From: Psammoneis japonica
Lineage: Eukaryota
Length of the DNA stretch: 64,000 bases
Assembly (NCBI GenBank): GCA_008632985.1
Contig: QPGO01000033.1
Coordinates: 124,001-188,000, forward strand
Reading direction: 5' to 3'
A program made the translations under genes and the position numbers. Below, piece by piece: positions 50,514-62,134 of the stretch. A model generated the notes under the pieces. The model made no database searches, had not been told where the DNA came from, and saw only the letters and a program-made list of their open reading frames with translations. Position 1 is the stretch's first letter. Every line of letters begins with the position of its first letter.

Positions 50514-50588
50514 AATTAGAGCTCGTGAAAAATAAGCAGGGTTATCGGCAGTCGCGGCAGAGAACGAGAACGACCGTGCCACCTCACC

Positions 50589-51691
50589 ATGAGAAAAGAT
50601 CGCCCAAGTCCAACCTCCATGGAGGGTATGATCTGGAATGGTAAGTGACGATGTTGTGTTTTGAGATTGAGAAGTCTTGAGCAAGAACTGTAGACGGATA
50701 TTCTTCTTCAAGAATTCATAGCGTCATACCACTAGCGCTCTTGCACTTTGCCAACCACCAATCGAATGGCTCACGACTTACCTCGCCTTTTTTTTTAATC
50801 GCAGCCAACCACATTCTCGAGAAGGCTTTGAACCCTGTAAGTCAGTTGTTGCATCCATTTGTTGAATAGTCCTAATTGATGAAGAACGAAAGTCTTTAAC
50901 TCAAACTTGTTATATCTCTGTCTCCTTTACTTCTCCGGAAATCTAAAATACGATAAATCCAGAACATCAACGGCCTCCCAAAGTCTCTCTTTGAAAAGTG
51001 CGTTGGTGTCGTGATTCTCGATGCGCTTCAGGGAGGTTTCATTTTTTCGGGAACTGTTGGAAGTGGTATTGCTTTCAAGAGGACCGCGACTGGATGGTCT
51101 CCTCCCTGCGCCGTCGGACTCACCGGCATTGGCTTTGGATTCGTGGCTGGCATGTCGGTGAGCGACCTTGTCTTTTTCATCATGGACGACGAGACCATGA
51201 AATCGATTATTGCCGACCATGGCTTTAGCTTTGGAGCCGATCTTCAGCTTGCCATTGGGCCGTTTGGTAGGTCTGCGGAGGTCTCTGACATTATTGGAAA
51301 CGGCGAGCTCGGCGCAGCCTTTGCCATTGCCTACTCCAAGGGTATCTTTGGTAGTTTCCAAGCCAAGGGTGCCAAGCTTGGTGTTCGTTCCTTTGTCAAC
51401 AACAAGTTTTACAACGCCACAACCTCTGGAACCGACATTTGCTTCACTCCTGGAAGTGTCAAGGTCCCAGACGGCAAGGTGACCATGCTTGAAGAGGTGT
51501 ATGACAAGCTCAACAAGTGTTCCGCTGGAGTCACCGCCGAACCCGATGCCGCGGAGGAATCCAAAAAGAAATCCGCCAAGGAAGCGGCTGATAAGGAAAA
51601 TTCGGTTGTCAAGGACGACCCGGAAGCTGACGTCGTCGAGGCCCAAGAAGCTGTGGATGCCGAAGCCGCCAAGGAAGCTGCTCATTCGTAA
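50589..51691 (+). CDS. SYLF/Ysc84-domain protein (copy B, intact)
   Basis: Exons 50589-50640, 50805-50836, 50963-51691; paralog of 33059-34121. Confidence 0.9.
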
Positions 51692-52137
51692 ACATGATAT
51701 GGTATCATGGAACGTCAGTTGAATATGTGTAGATTGAGTGCCAAAGAAGGAGATGAAAAGTCAGCATCTTATGTGTGATCGTTTAGTAGCTTTAAGATTC
51801 AATGTCTTTGAGGGTTTGTCATTGTTCCTTATGATACCTTTCCTTCTTAGCTCATTGCGGTCCCTAGAGTTTTCTTTGTCTTATTGTATATGTTTTTGCA
51901 ACGCCACTCTCTCGAAAGGACTGAACGTCGTGCAATCATTGAGAAGGCATATTGGATATGTGCTGAGTGTTTGTAGCATAGCTTTGTGCGATTCCGTCAA
52001 TATGATGCAATTGTGTTTTGCTTCTTTCTGTCTGGGTTCATTGGAAAGGGCGGCTATACGCACATGATGTTTTGGCAGAAAGAGAAGGTTGAAACCAATG
52101 CATCAAGTGCGACACTGTTAGTGTGTACTTTAATTTT

Positions 52138-53745
52138 TTAAGATTCCATGTCCTTTAAACGTTCATCAATGTCTCGAAGTTTCTCCTTCATCCTTTCCTT
52201 GTATTCCTTGAGTGTTTCTTGTGTGGGTAGCTCCGTGCTTGTCTTTTGTGTGGCTCTCGTTGGCGATGTCATTTCCGCTGCTTGTTGTACTTGTTTCATT
52301 TGCTCAGGTCCCAGCTCGGTTGTCCACTTGCCGTATTCTCCCTCGTCGAGAATATATCCCAATGGCTCGTTGAGTGGCTTGAGATTGTGTTTTCGTCCCG
52401 CTTCTTCAATGGCATAGACACAATCCCCCAGATTGCCACCCTTTTCCAAGGCTTCCACGAGCGCTTCATAACACACTTTGTAATGCTTCAAGAGCAAGAC
52501 GGCTTGCAACGCTCCCCATCGTGCTTGATTCCGAATCGAATCGTCATTCCACGGTGGCAGGGCTCCATTGTCGGCGTTTCGTCTCCCGTTATTCAATTGA
52601 CTCAAAAATGCCACAAGCGCCGCCTCATCTCCCGCTCCACCATCGGCTCCACCAAAATAAATCGCTTCGGCAGCAATACCACCCATCACAATTATGGAGT
52701 ATCGATCAATACTCGATCTCGTTACGACAGAAGTATTGATTTGTTGACTCAGAATTGGATCAAAGAATGACGTCCCCGCCGACACTCCGGTCCGTCGTCC
52801 ACCAAAACGAGCATCCTGCAACGCTTGCCACGCATCCAAGACACACCCCTCCACGGGACAACCCAAGAGATAGGCTGCTAAAAAATGTCCCGCCTCGTGT
52901 CGTAAAATCTTGTTGGAAATACCGGGAGAAAAGATTTTGAGAATGGATTCAAAGACGGCACCATTGATCAAGAGTCGATCAAAAAAGGCCAAGGCAAGGG
53001 TCGACAAGACCAACAAGTTAATGTTAATGTCGAGTGCCACACTGGCCATGCCTTCTAAAACCGCAAAGGCAATTCCCGCAAAGAGTAACGTATTGGTTGG
53101 TTTGGGTGTCAACGATTTCATACTGAGGTCAGTAACTTGTTCCAATAAAGTCGGAGTTACAATATGCGATCCCGACGCGGGTGCTCCACCCGTCGGTACA
53201 GCTCCAAACAATTTCAAGTGATCCAAGTCTTTTAGAGTAGTGTACATTTCCGTCATGGCATTGCGTGACGGTGACACGGGTGGATAATTATTATCCGTCA
53301 AGGCACGCGTGTTGACGGTGTTTTCTTCGGCACGGGCCGTTTCTTCTTCAATCGCATCAAAGACCTTGGACCAGCGTTGACGTGATAATTCCATGGTGGG
53401 ATTTTGTTGTAAATGAACAATGGCTTGTTTGAATTTTTCGCCATCTTCCAACAAGTCGTCCATGATTTTTTCGGCGTGGCGAGTGTCCTTGTTTGGATCA
53501 TTTATTTTTGTTTGTGTTTCTTCTGGTTGTTGTTTTTGTCTAGCAAACGGACTCTTCCAATACCGAGCAGTTGACAGTCGAATAGATGGAGTAGTGTTTA
53601 TGGATCGACTCGTTCTTGTCGTTGAGGTTAATGGGGCCACAAAGGCATTTACAGAAGATATACTGTTGGAGGTTGTGGCAAGCAGAATTAGAATTGCTGT
53701 GCTTGTCGTGCAGAGCGCTCGCGGTTTTGTCATTGTGGATTTCAT
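52138..53745 (-). CDS. Plastid-targeted M41-like zinc peptidase-domain protein lacking AAA domain (VIR3/FtsH-protease-domain-like)
   Basis: VNA-F presequence, two TMs, RHEAGHFLAAYLLG, MGGIAAE...GGAGD. Confidence 0.8.
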   Translation of the reverse strand: MKSTMTKPRALCTTSTAILILLATTSNSISSVNAFVAPLTSTTRTSRSINTTPSIRLSTARYWKSPFARQKQQPEETQTKINDPNKDTRHAEKIMDDLLEDGEKFKQAIVHLQQNPTMELSRQRWSKVFDAIEEETARAEENTVNTRALTDNNYPPVSPSRNAMTEMYTTLKDLDHLKLFGAVPTGGAPASGSHIVTPTLLEQVTDLSMKSLTPKPTNTLLFAGIAFAVLEGMASVALDININLLVLSTLALAFFDRLLINGAVFESILKIFSPGISNKILRHEAGHFLAAYLLGCPVEGCVLDAWQALQDARFGGRRTGVSAGTSFFDPILSQQINTSVVTRSSIDRYSIIVMGGIAAEAIYFGGADGGAGDEAALVAFLSQLNNGRRNADNGALPPWNDDSIRNQARWGALQAVLLLKHYKVCYEALVEALEKGGNLGDCVYAIEEAGRKHNLKPLNEPLGYILDEGEYGKWTTELGPEQMKQVQQAAEMTSPTRATQKTSTELPTQETLKEYKERMKEKLRDIDERLKDMES

Positions 53746-54218
53746 TCTTCTTCGATGGTTCTTTCAAGTTATCGATTTTCGACTCTGTACGATAATGTCG
53801 TGTTGTGAGAAGCGAGTGATACACCTTCTTTTCGAATTAGACAATACGCACAAGATAGAATCAGCAAAGCAAGCCGACGCGATGATTCTGTTGTCCATGG
53901 CGGACTTTTTGTTTCTTCTGCGCCAATCTTGAGCTTGCAAGATCGTGAGTGACTCAGCCGACTCTTGACGTCACGAATGTTTAACGGTCGTTAACCGTAA
54001 TAAAAATTTGACGCGACTTGCGCACGTCCAACCATCCGTTTTGACTTCCGTTGAGATCAATCTGCGAAAAATTGAAAAAACAATGCCAGGCGACCATCAT
54101 CTCGTCGTGCTAGTAACTCTTCAAGCTCCCACTCTTTTGCTGGGCCTGTTATCACGACTAGTACATCATTCGAGTGCAACCGGAGAGTAGCTGAAGACAA
54201 GTCAGTACAGAGCACACC

Positions 54219-56749
54219 ATGTCATCCATCATGACAGTCCTCGGTCTGTCTTGTTTGACGAGTTGGTTTTCGGCTCTGTTACCGACGGATTCGGACGACG
54301 ATCCAGAGTACTATGCCGTGTTGGGATTGGAACGCAACGCTTCTTTGGAAGATATTCGTAAAGCCTACAAACAGAAATCACTCGAACTCCATCCCGACAA
54401 GGTGGCACAACGGGGTGGGAATGCCGAACAAGCCGCAGCACAATACGTGCATGTACAAGAAGCCAATGCCGTCTTGAGTCATGCCAAGAAACGCAAACTC
54501 TACCATGCCGTCGGTTGTTCTCCCGCCAAGTACAAGTTTATTTCCACGGGAGCATGGCACAATCCACGGCACTCCATGACAATCTCAGTCATGCCTCCAT
54601 GGCGGCCAAGAGTCGAATTGTATTCGTCATGGCACTCTTGCTCGTGTTGCTCTTGTTACAACCTCTTTTGATTGTTGTCAAGATTAATCAAATTCTGAGT
54701 CAAGACGGAGGTGCGCTTCAAGACACACCATGGATTGTCATTTTGATTCCGTGGTGGGTGACGCATGGATTGTATGTAGCCTTGTGGCTTGTCATGTTTG
54801 TCGCATCCCTCAAGTCTGAAAATGATCATAGTCACACTATTTTTGTAACGCTCTTGGAACAAATTTCGTGGTTAACGTGGGAAGTCTTGTTGGCCCTGCG
54901 TTGGGATCGAACCATCAATTGGGATTATGTTTACATTTTTGTTCCATTCTATCTCGTTCTTGCGTTACGGTGCTATCACGCACTCGTCACCATGCTCCGG
55001 ATTCGCAATGAATGTACCAAAATGGTGTCGCTCGAATACATCAATGGGACTGTCTTGCAGGATGGCAAACACTACGATGACTTGTCACCACAAGAACGAC
55101 AAGATTTGCACAAGAATTTTATTCTTGTCCATCACGATGACGACATTGAACCATTGTTGGTTGGCCTGCAGGATGAGGAGGATTTGGAAGAAGCCAAGGT
55201 ACACGCCAGTGTCGAATTTAGGAACAAAATGGAAACGTACTATCATGCGCTTTCCAAATTCATCCATACCGTCTTTTATTGGACACCCTTTTGTATTCTG
55301 ACGGTACTCAAATTGGATGATCACATTTCCGTCAGTTGGTGGGTTGTCTTTATTCCATTACTCGTCTTTTTGGGATACAATGTCGTGAGCAATTGCCTTG
55401 TGTGTTGCTGTGGAACCGTGGCGGGTGACGAAATTGTCATTGCTAGTCGTGATAACGAGGAAGAAGAAGAAGAGACCGAGGAGGAACATGGAGAGGAGGA
55501 ACAGGATGTAAAAGAGGAACCTCGCAACAACGTCAATGCCAGCATGACGGCATTTGCTCCGGCAGACGGAGACATGGATCAGTTTAGTGTATCGGTGCAC
55601 TCGGAAGCAGACTCGGTGGAGCTGCAAGCCTTGGAGGAACCCTCCCATGCTATTCCCGACTCTGTCAAGCTGACGGCTCCAGGCGATGACGAAGATACGG
55701 ATGACGATGAAGAGGATACCTTGTTGGAACCACTGCCCCCGGCGGAAGAAACGAACAAGGCGGCCGGCAGCACTACGGAAGAAACGAACAAGGCGGTCGA
55801 CAGCACCACGGATACAACAGATGAAAAGACTGAAACACCGACCGATCCAACAGCCATTACGGAACAAGACGATATGGAAGAAGAGCCAAAGGAATCGGAT
55901 CAAGGTGATACGCCAGCTGAAGATCCAATGAGCATTACCGAAGAAGACGATATGCAGGAGGAAGATGAAGCAGCTGTCGAGGATGCAACACCAAATGGCG
56001 AGTCAGGGGCCAATGTAGAGGAGAATGATAAGCCAGACCCCCATGTGGAGGGCAATGACAAGCCAGACGCCACTGTAGAGGGTGATGACAAGCCTGACAC
56101 CAATGTCGAGGAGAATGACAAGCCAGACGCCGCCGATGCCAATGGACAACAAAACGGCGAGCTGCAAGATGTTGTAAACTTGTATTCACCAAAGAACGAT
56201 AGTCCAAAAGCAAGAGAGTTTCCAAATGGAGAGCACCCAAGCGACGAGGATGAGGAGAATGGTGACGACGACGATGTTGGAATTGATCCGGAAACGTTTG
56301 AAGCGTGGCAGTCAGCCTACCAAGAGGCGGAATCGAGTGCATCCGAAGAACAAATCAAGGCACAAGGAAGTTGCTGTTGGGCATCCTTGCAACTCATGAT
56401 TTTGTGTCTCTTTGTTGGAAAGCTGGATCAATCCTACGAAGCGAGCGTTGACAATGGCGATGATGTTGGATACAATGCGGTATGGATCATTTTTCCAATT
56501 TTGCTCTTGGCGGGTCTTGCTCTGCTTTGCTGTGCATGTGTCGTGTATGGCTCGAGACCCAAGGAAGAGGATGCGCGACTAATGATGAAGACAAGAACCA
56601 CAAGTTCCTGTAGTGTCGTCTGGCGCTGAGAAAAACATGAAGAAACAACGGCACAACGACGACAACGCCGCCAACCGAAAAGAAGACCAAACTAAACCCG
56701 ACGAAGAGGAAGCAGCCGCGGTGGTTACGATGCCGATGACATTGACTGA
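54219..56749 (+). CDS. DnaJ-domain multi-pass membrane protein with TMEM185-like helices and a long acidic loop (apparent 1-bp indels near 54560, 56575, 56720)
   Basis: J domain YYAVLG...IRKAY...LHPDK; repeated W..(I/V)FIP helices; ends DADDID*. Confidence 0.8.
56010..56130 (+). repeat. 30-bp coding tandem repeat x4 (xVE[E/G][N/D]DKPD)
   Basis: CCAATGTAGAGGAGAATGATAAGCCAGAC-like units. Confidence 0.85.
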
Positions 56750-56974
56750 GCACCGTCGGCCAGTTGGGTACCGATGCGGAACGTTCACTGAGCAGCATCG
56801 GCCAACCATGAAATCCTTATTATATAAAACTTATTAGAATATCTAAAACTGACAATACTCAATAGCTCATGCATTCCTCACGGGACAGCTTCACAACTAC
56901 GAATCGATTCTACTGCAAGCCGGCAAATTAATGGCCAAGCAGACCCCTTACCAAATCTCAGGAGGGATGACTCA

Positions 56975-58340
56975 TTATTTCTTCATTGGAATCGCCATGG
57001 CAAGAGACAAGAGAATCCACCCCGCGGTGAAAAGTGGTTGTCCATACGAGTAGACAATGGGATTTGGATTTGGCTTTTGGTTGTGTTTCATAAAGAAATC
57101 TCCACGCTTGCGGTTTTCAAACACTAACTTTTGTCCAACCATGATGAGAATGGCGCCTGGTATCGACATTGCCAACGCAATGCCACCATACAAGCCAATA
57201 TTGATGGCCAGCATCATAAAGAGCAGCACATATGGTATGCTCCACATTCTCGCTCTAAACTGATCACCTTCGTATAGGGCCGTCTGAATCAATATCCCCG
57301 CATCAAAGCCTTGCAACGCGCAATTTGCCAAAATGATCCATTGACGAAGCTTGACCGCTTTGATATTGCCCAGAGGCATTATAGCAGAGGCTCCAAAGAA
57401 ATACCAGCCATCAAGAAGGGAATCGGACTCTCAAAGAAGGCTCCAAAGAAACGACCATCGGTACCAAATCCAATGTACTGAGCACCCTCATCGTGAGCAT
57501 AGTCCAACATTAGAGAGATTGGAACCATCCCACAGCCAGAGGCCACGGCAAAAAGCGTACGCTTATTGTAGTAAATGGGAAGTCCGTCCCAATTGTTGCC
57601 CTTAGGTGTTGTTCCACAAGTTCCTAGCCAAAACAAGAACCATCCAAACACCAAAAGCGGACCACCTATATTAAAAACAATGGGATTCGGGTTGGTTCCC
57701 CGTCTTTTCCCATGAATCACCCATTTTGCGATACTTTGACAAAATCTTCGTGGACGCAAGAACGCACATCATGCCGACTGGACAGTAAAAGTACGACACT
57801 TGCTTGTTTCCCAAGACTGTTGATACAGTCAAACCAACCCATAAAAGCACGTATATTATGGTAAGTTTCATCTTTGCACGGCGTCACGATCCCGAATGGC
57901 ATTGTCCATGGGTACCGAAGCAATCAGCGACAGGGCAACCGACGCAATTGCAGAAATAATACTCGGCGTTGTAACGACAAGATCAAACGATCCATTCATG
58001 GCCCACAGATTGCTGTAGCATAGAGACCCCATCCAACTAAAAAGGCCACTGGAAACACAAAGGCCTTGTTTAATTCTCTCGGAGGAATCGCAACGTGCGA
58101 CTTATTTTTCGACTCCTTGTAGGCACGTTCGTACGCTTTGGAGCCTTTTTCATCCCACCTGCGATCGACGTGCCACATGCCCGCCATTAGAATCACAATT
58201 CCAACAAGAGAAAGACATGATCGAGCACCGTAGGGTACCACCAAGTCAGGCACAGCGGCTTTTACAGCGGCAGCAACAACAGGGCGGCCCATAGCATCAG
58301 TCCGGGGAAGCGGTATCGTTGTTTTTACTCCCAAGGGCAT
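56975..58340 (-). CDS. Multi-TM hypothetical protein with internal duplication (frameshifted in this assembly)
   Basis: Fragments share the repeated motif RK.GD.....PNPNPIV[F/Y]..G.PL...GW. Confidence 0.65.
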
Positions 58341-58602
58341 GTCGCTGATCGCTGAAAATAAAGTGTGATGGTCCAAAAATTCTTCCCTCCAAGAAAATGT
58401 GCGACTGACGTCATACTCTCTTCAATAGCCTACGAAATTTTGTACCAAGCTTCTACGTGGTGAAATTTTCATTGAAGATACAGTCACGAGGATTGAAAGA
58501 AAGCTTATTCGAGGTCTTGATAAGGATTTTTATCGAGCTCGCATTTGAATTTCCAAAAAATCAAAAAAATAGAAAAATCCGGGAACGGCATTCGATTCGA
58601 CC

Positions 58603-59803
58603 ATGATGAACGGCAATGGTTCAGACATTGAAGCACCTCCGCTTCTTGCACTGGAGTCTACTCCCTTGTTGAATGAAAGCACACGTTCCATTCAATTGCT
58701 TCCTGGAATGAAAATACGAGCACAGCAAATCAAATCAAATGGCACTTTACAAAATGTTCCTGCAAAAGAAGCTCTCTCCCGAGGCAGAACCAACAAGGGC
58801 AATTACTGGATTGATGTCGATGCCGATGAACGAGATCAACAAGAGCTATTGGAATGGCTCAAGCAATTAAAATTATCACCCTTTCTCACATCCCGTCTCG
58901 CCGAACCGCCCGACTCGTGGGCGTCTCAAGTGATTGCCTTTCCCAAAACGGTGCTTGCCATGATTCGAATCCTGCCTCAACAGAACGATTCTGACGATAT
59001 TCCTCATTTAGCAGCATTGCTGGTTGGAGGTTTGATTCTAACGTTTTCATCGTGTCCACGGTCGGAAACGGAAAATTTCTATGCCAAGGAAATTGCCTTC
59101 ATGGCCGCACAAGAAACGCTACCCGACGCATCGATTAGTGGTTTGTTGTTGACGTGGTTGTCCTATCATGTGCAACGCACCTCCAAGAGTGTACGCGATT
59201 TGCGTTTTCACGTATTAAAGTTGGATGAAAGCATGGACCGCGACATTCAATCCGTCGAATACATGGAACTGATTGAAATCAAGGATCAATTGCTTCGTTT
59301 GTTGTCGGTTGCCGAAGAACAAATGGAATGTTTGGAGTCTCTGCAGGGCGCGGAAAAGATGGCAAATGACGTTTTAAACTTTTCAAAGCTTCACGGATCC
59401 ATCTCGGTCTTGTTGGCCACGGCAAGTGCGACGGAACGCATGGCGCTGCGGCTGGAAAAGCACATTGGGGACTTGAGAAATCGGCACGAATCCCATCAAC
59501 AGGAAAGCATGAATCGACGGCTCGCCATTTTGACCGTCCTGTCGGCGGTCTTTTTGCCTCTCACGTTAATTACAGGCATTTGGGGAATGAATTTTCAATT
59601 AATGCCGGGTAAGAAGAAGAAAAAGCTGCATGTGGTTTGTAGTGCGATTCACACACGTGCATCTTATTCATTCGCTGCGTTATCTTTCTTGTTGCACTAC
59701 AGAGCTCCAATACCACTATGCATATCCTGTAGCCTTGCTATGTATGCTAGGTATTGCAGTATCCATGGTCTGCTACTTTCAAAGGACAGGATGGCTAGAT
59801 TAA
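58603..59803 (+). CDS. corA: CorA-family Mg2+/Co2+ transporter
   Basis: LTVLSAVFLPLTLITGIWGMNF..MP; intron 59609-59702 restores MPEL and the last TM helix (ends GWLD*). Confidence 0.9.
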
Positions 59804-60264
59804 AAACTAAAAACTACAACTGCTACTAGCTAGAGGAAGCACTGCCAGGCCTTTTGCTTTGTTTGCTCCCGCAAATACTCGATACGATTCGACCGGTACA
59901 ATGCAATGTCGCACCGCCTAAATATGAGAGTAAAAGCATGGCTACTGGCAGTGTACAAGAATAATACAGTAAGAGAGGAGAGAACGTTCAATGTTGAATC
60001 GGAAGGACCCACAATATTCTCACAACAGAATGTTTCCGGGTCCTTACAACTTGTATCTTTCGCGACACACAAGTCGTAGTACCAAATCCCAGTAGATTCT
60101 ACGTGAGATTGGCATCAATCCGCAATCCGCGCATGCTGTTCACAATCCCGTTTGACGTTTGACGCGGTTGTTATGACATTGTTGCTGCTGCTCTTGTTGA
60201 TGTAGCGCTGCTTAAGCTTTTCTTCTGCTTACAGTCCTTATTGTAAAGTAAATCAAGTGAAAAA

Positions 60265-61975
60265 ATGTTACACGATGAGGAGCATCTCGACTTTGATTCT
60301 CCGTCCCAGAAACGAAATAGCGCTCCAGTAGAATCATCCACGGCTGCTTCGTCTCCCCCACAGCCCAAGCGGTTGAGTGATCCTCGTGCTCCGTCGAAGG
60401 GTCTCCAGGAATTGAATGTTCGTCAAAAGACTGATTTGGCGAATTCGGTAAAGCCCATGGGTGGACGACCGCTCGGATTTGATGTTGTGGCTCGTGTCAA
60501 GCGATTGGAACGTCGCGAGCGGTCCATGAGACGCATATCTCGTGAAGAGGACAATAACAACAACGACAATGACACGGCTCCCCGATCGGGTGGGTCGGGA
60601 ACCTTTGGTTTCTTACGGAGTACGTCCTTTAAGAAAACGAGGCCTCCATCCACCTACATGACAACGGAAGCATCTCCGCTCGTTGCCAATAATAAAAAGA
60701 AACTAGGCGAAGGTAGGTGGTGACGATGATGTGTTTCATGAATCCTTTATGGAAATGATGCCTCCTTCCAAATTAACGACAAAACAAGTCTTGATGCAAA
60801 TGATCTTTGGTCGATACGTGTGTCTCTTGTTATTATTCATGCCCTTTGCATGGTTATCTCATCATCAACAGTGGTCCCCGGCTCTGGTGTTTTGGTGTAA
60901 TTTCCTCACCATGGTACCGCTGGCATCGATTCTGGGAGACTTTACCGAAGAAGTTGCCGCACACACCAATCAAGTCATTGGTGGACTCGTCAATGCGACC
61001 TTTGGAAACATGGTGGAAGTCGTCGTGGCCATTCAAGCCCTGTTGGCAAATGAAATTCGAGTTGTACAGGCCAGCATGATTGGAAGCATCTTTTCCAATC
61101 TATTGTTGGTGTTGGGTTGTTGTTTTTTCTTTGGTGGACTCTACTACAAGGAACAAAATTTCAACAGCACGGCCGCGTCGGCCAATATGGCACTCTTGGC
61201 CTTGTCCAGTATTGCGCTCGTCTTGCCCACGCCCTTTGCCGAGTACTATGACATTCAAGACGAACACGTCTTGGCCGTGTCGAGATTTGCGGCCGTCTTT
61301 TTGATTTTCATGTATTTGCAACTTTTAATCTTTCAACTCAAGACTCATGCGCACGTCTTTGAAGACGAGGACGAAGAAGAACCCGAACTACCCATGTCGG
61401 TGGCGCTCTTGGGATTGTTGGGTGTAACGTTGATTCTTGCCATCTTTTCCGATTATCTAGTGGGAAGCATTGACGGATATTGCGAGCATTCTGTAGTCAG
61501 TCGAACCTTTGTTGGTCTCATTATTTTACCAATCGTGGGGAATGCCGTGGAGCACTTGACGGCCGTGTCGGTGGCCATGAAGGACAAGATGGATTTGGCC
61601 ATGGGAGGTAAGGCGGTGGCGATATGTATGGGTGCTATGGTGATGTCCTTACAGTATGCGACTGTTGCCGCTTATGTCCTTCTCACTCTACTGTTCCTTT
61701 CCATCTCCACCATATATGATGTAGTTTCCATTGGATCGTGTACACAAATTTCACTCTTTGTCGTGCCACTCACGGTTCTTGTTGGATGGGCGTGCAACCG
61801 AAACATGACACTCAACTTTCCACACTTTGAAATCATCTTGTACGTCATGTCGGTGGTTACCGTGTCCATTTGTATTGCCAATCCAAAGGGAAATTGGTTG
61901 GAAGGGTCCCTGCTCATTACAACCTACCTCATGATTGCGGTTGGGTTTTGGTTTGAAAAGGTAGTTGACTTTTAG
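60265..61975 (+). CDS. CAX: Ca2+/H+ exchanger (CAX/VCX1 family); apparent indel near 60715, intron ~61608-61723
   Basis: Alpha repeats NATFGNMVE and LPIVGNAVEH; GSIFSNLLLVLG; NWLEG. Confidence 0.92.
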
Positions 61976-62134
61976 CATTCAACGAGAGCGAAAGGATCGT
62001 ATGGAAGATACAGCGAGCATTTAAAATGATGTAACGTTGATCTAATGCTAGTAGTTTAGAACTGTAATACCTGGGGGAGTTATGAAAGTTGTGTAATGTA
62101 TTAATATATTATTTGTTCATTGGAGATTTGAAAG

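Noticed and set aside
33363..51685. Long antisense ORFs 33363-34115 and 50927-51685
   Set aside because: Shadows of the codon-biased SYLF exons.
56010..56130. CRISPR-like array from the 30-bp repeats (also the 41-bp duplication at 29155)
   Set aside because: Head-to-tail repeats with no spacers; the 30-bp repeat is in-frame in a eukaryotic gene; no cas genes.
4054..61975. Frameshifts in carriers 2, 3 and 5, SYLF A, DnaJ, the 57-58 kb membrane gene and CAX as real pseudogenisation or programmed frameshifting
   Set aside because: They are isolated single-base indels, mostly in short homopolymers, in otherwise conserved genes. This is the typical long-read consensus error and needs short-read polishing before any claim.
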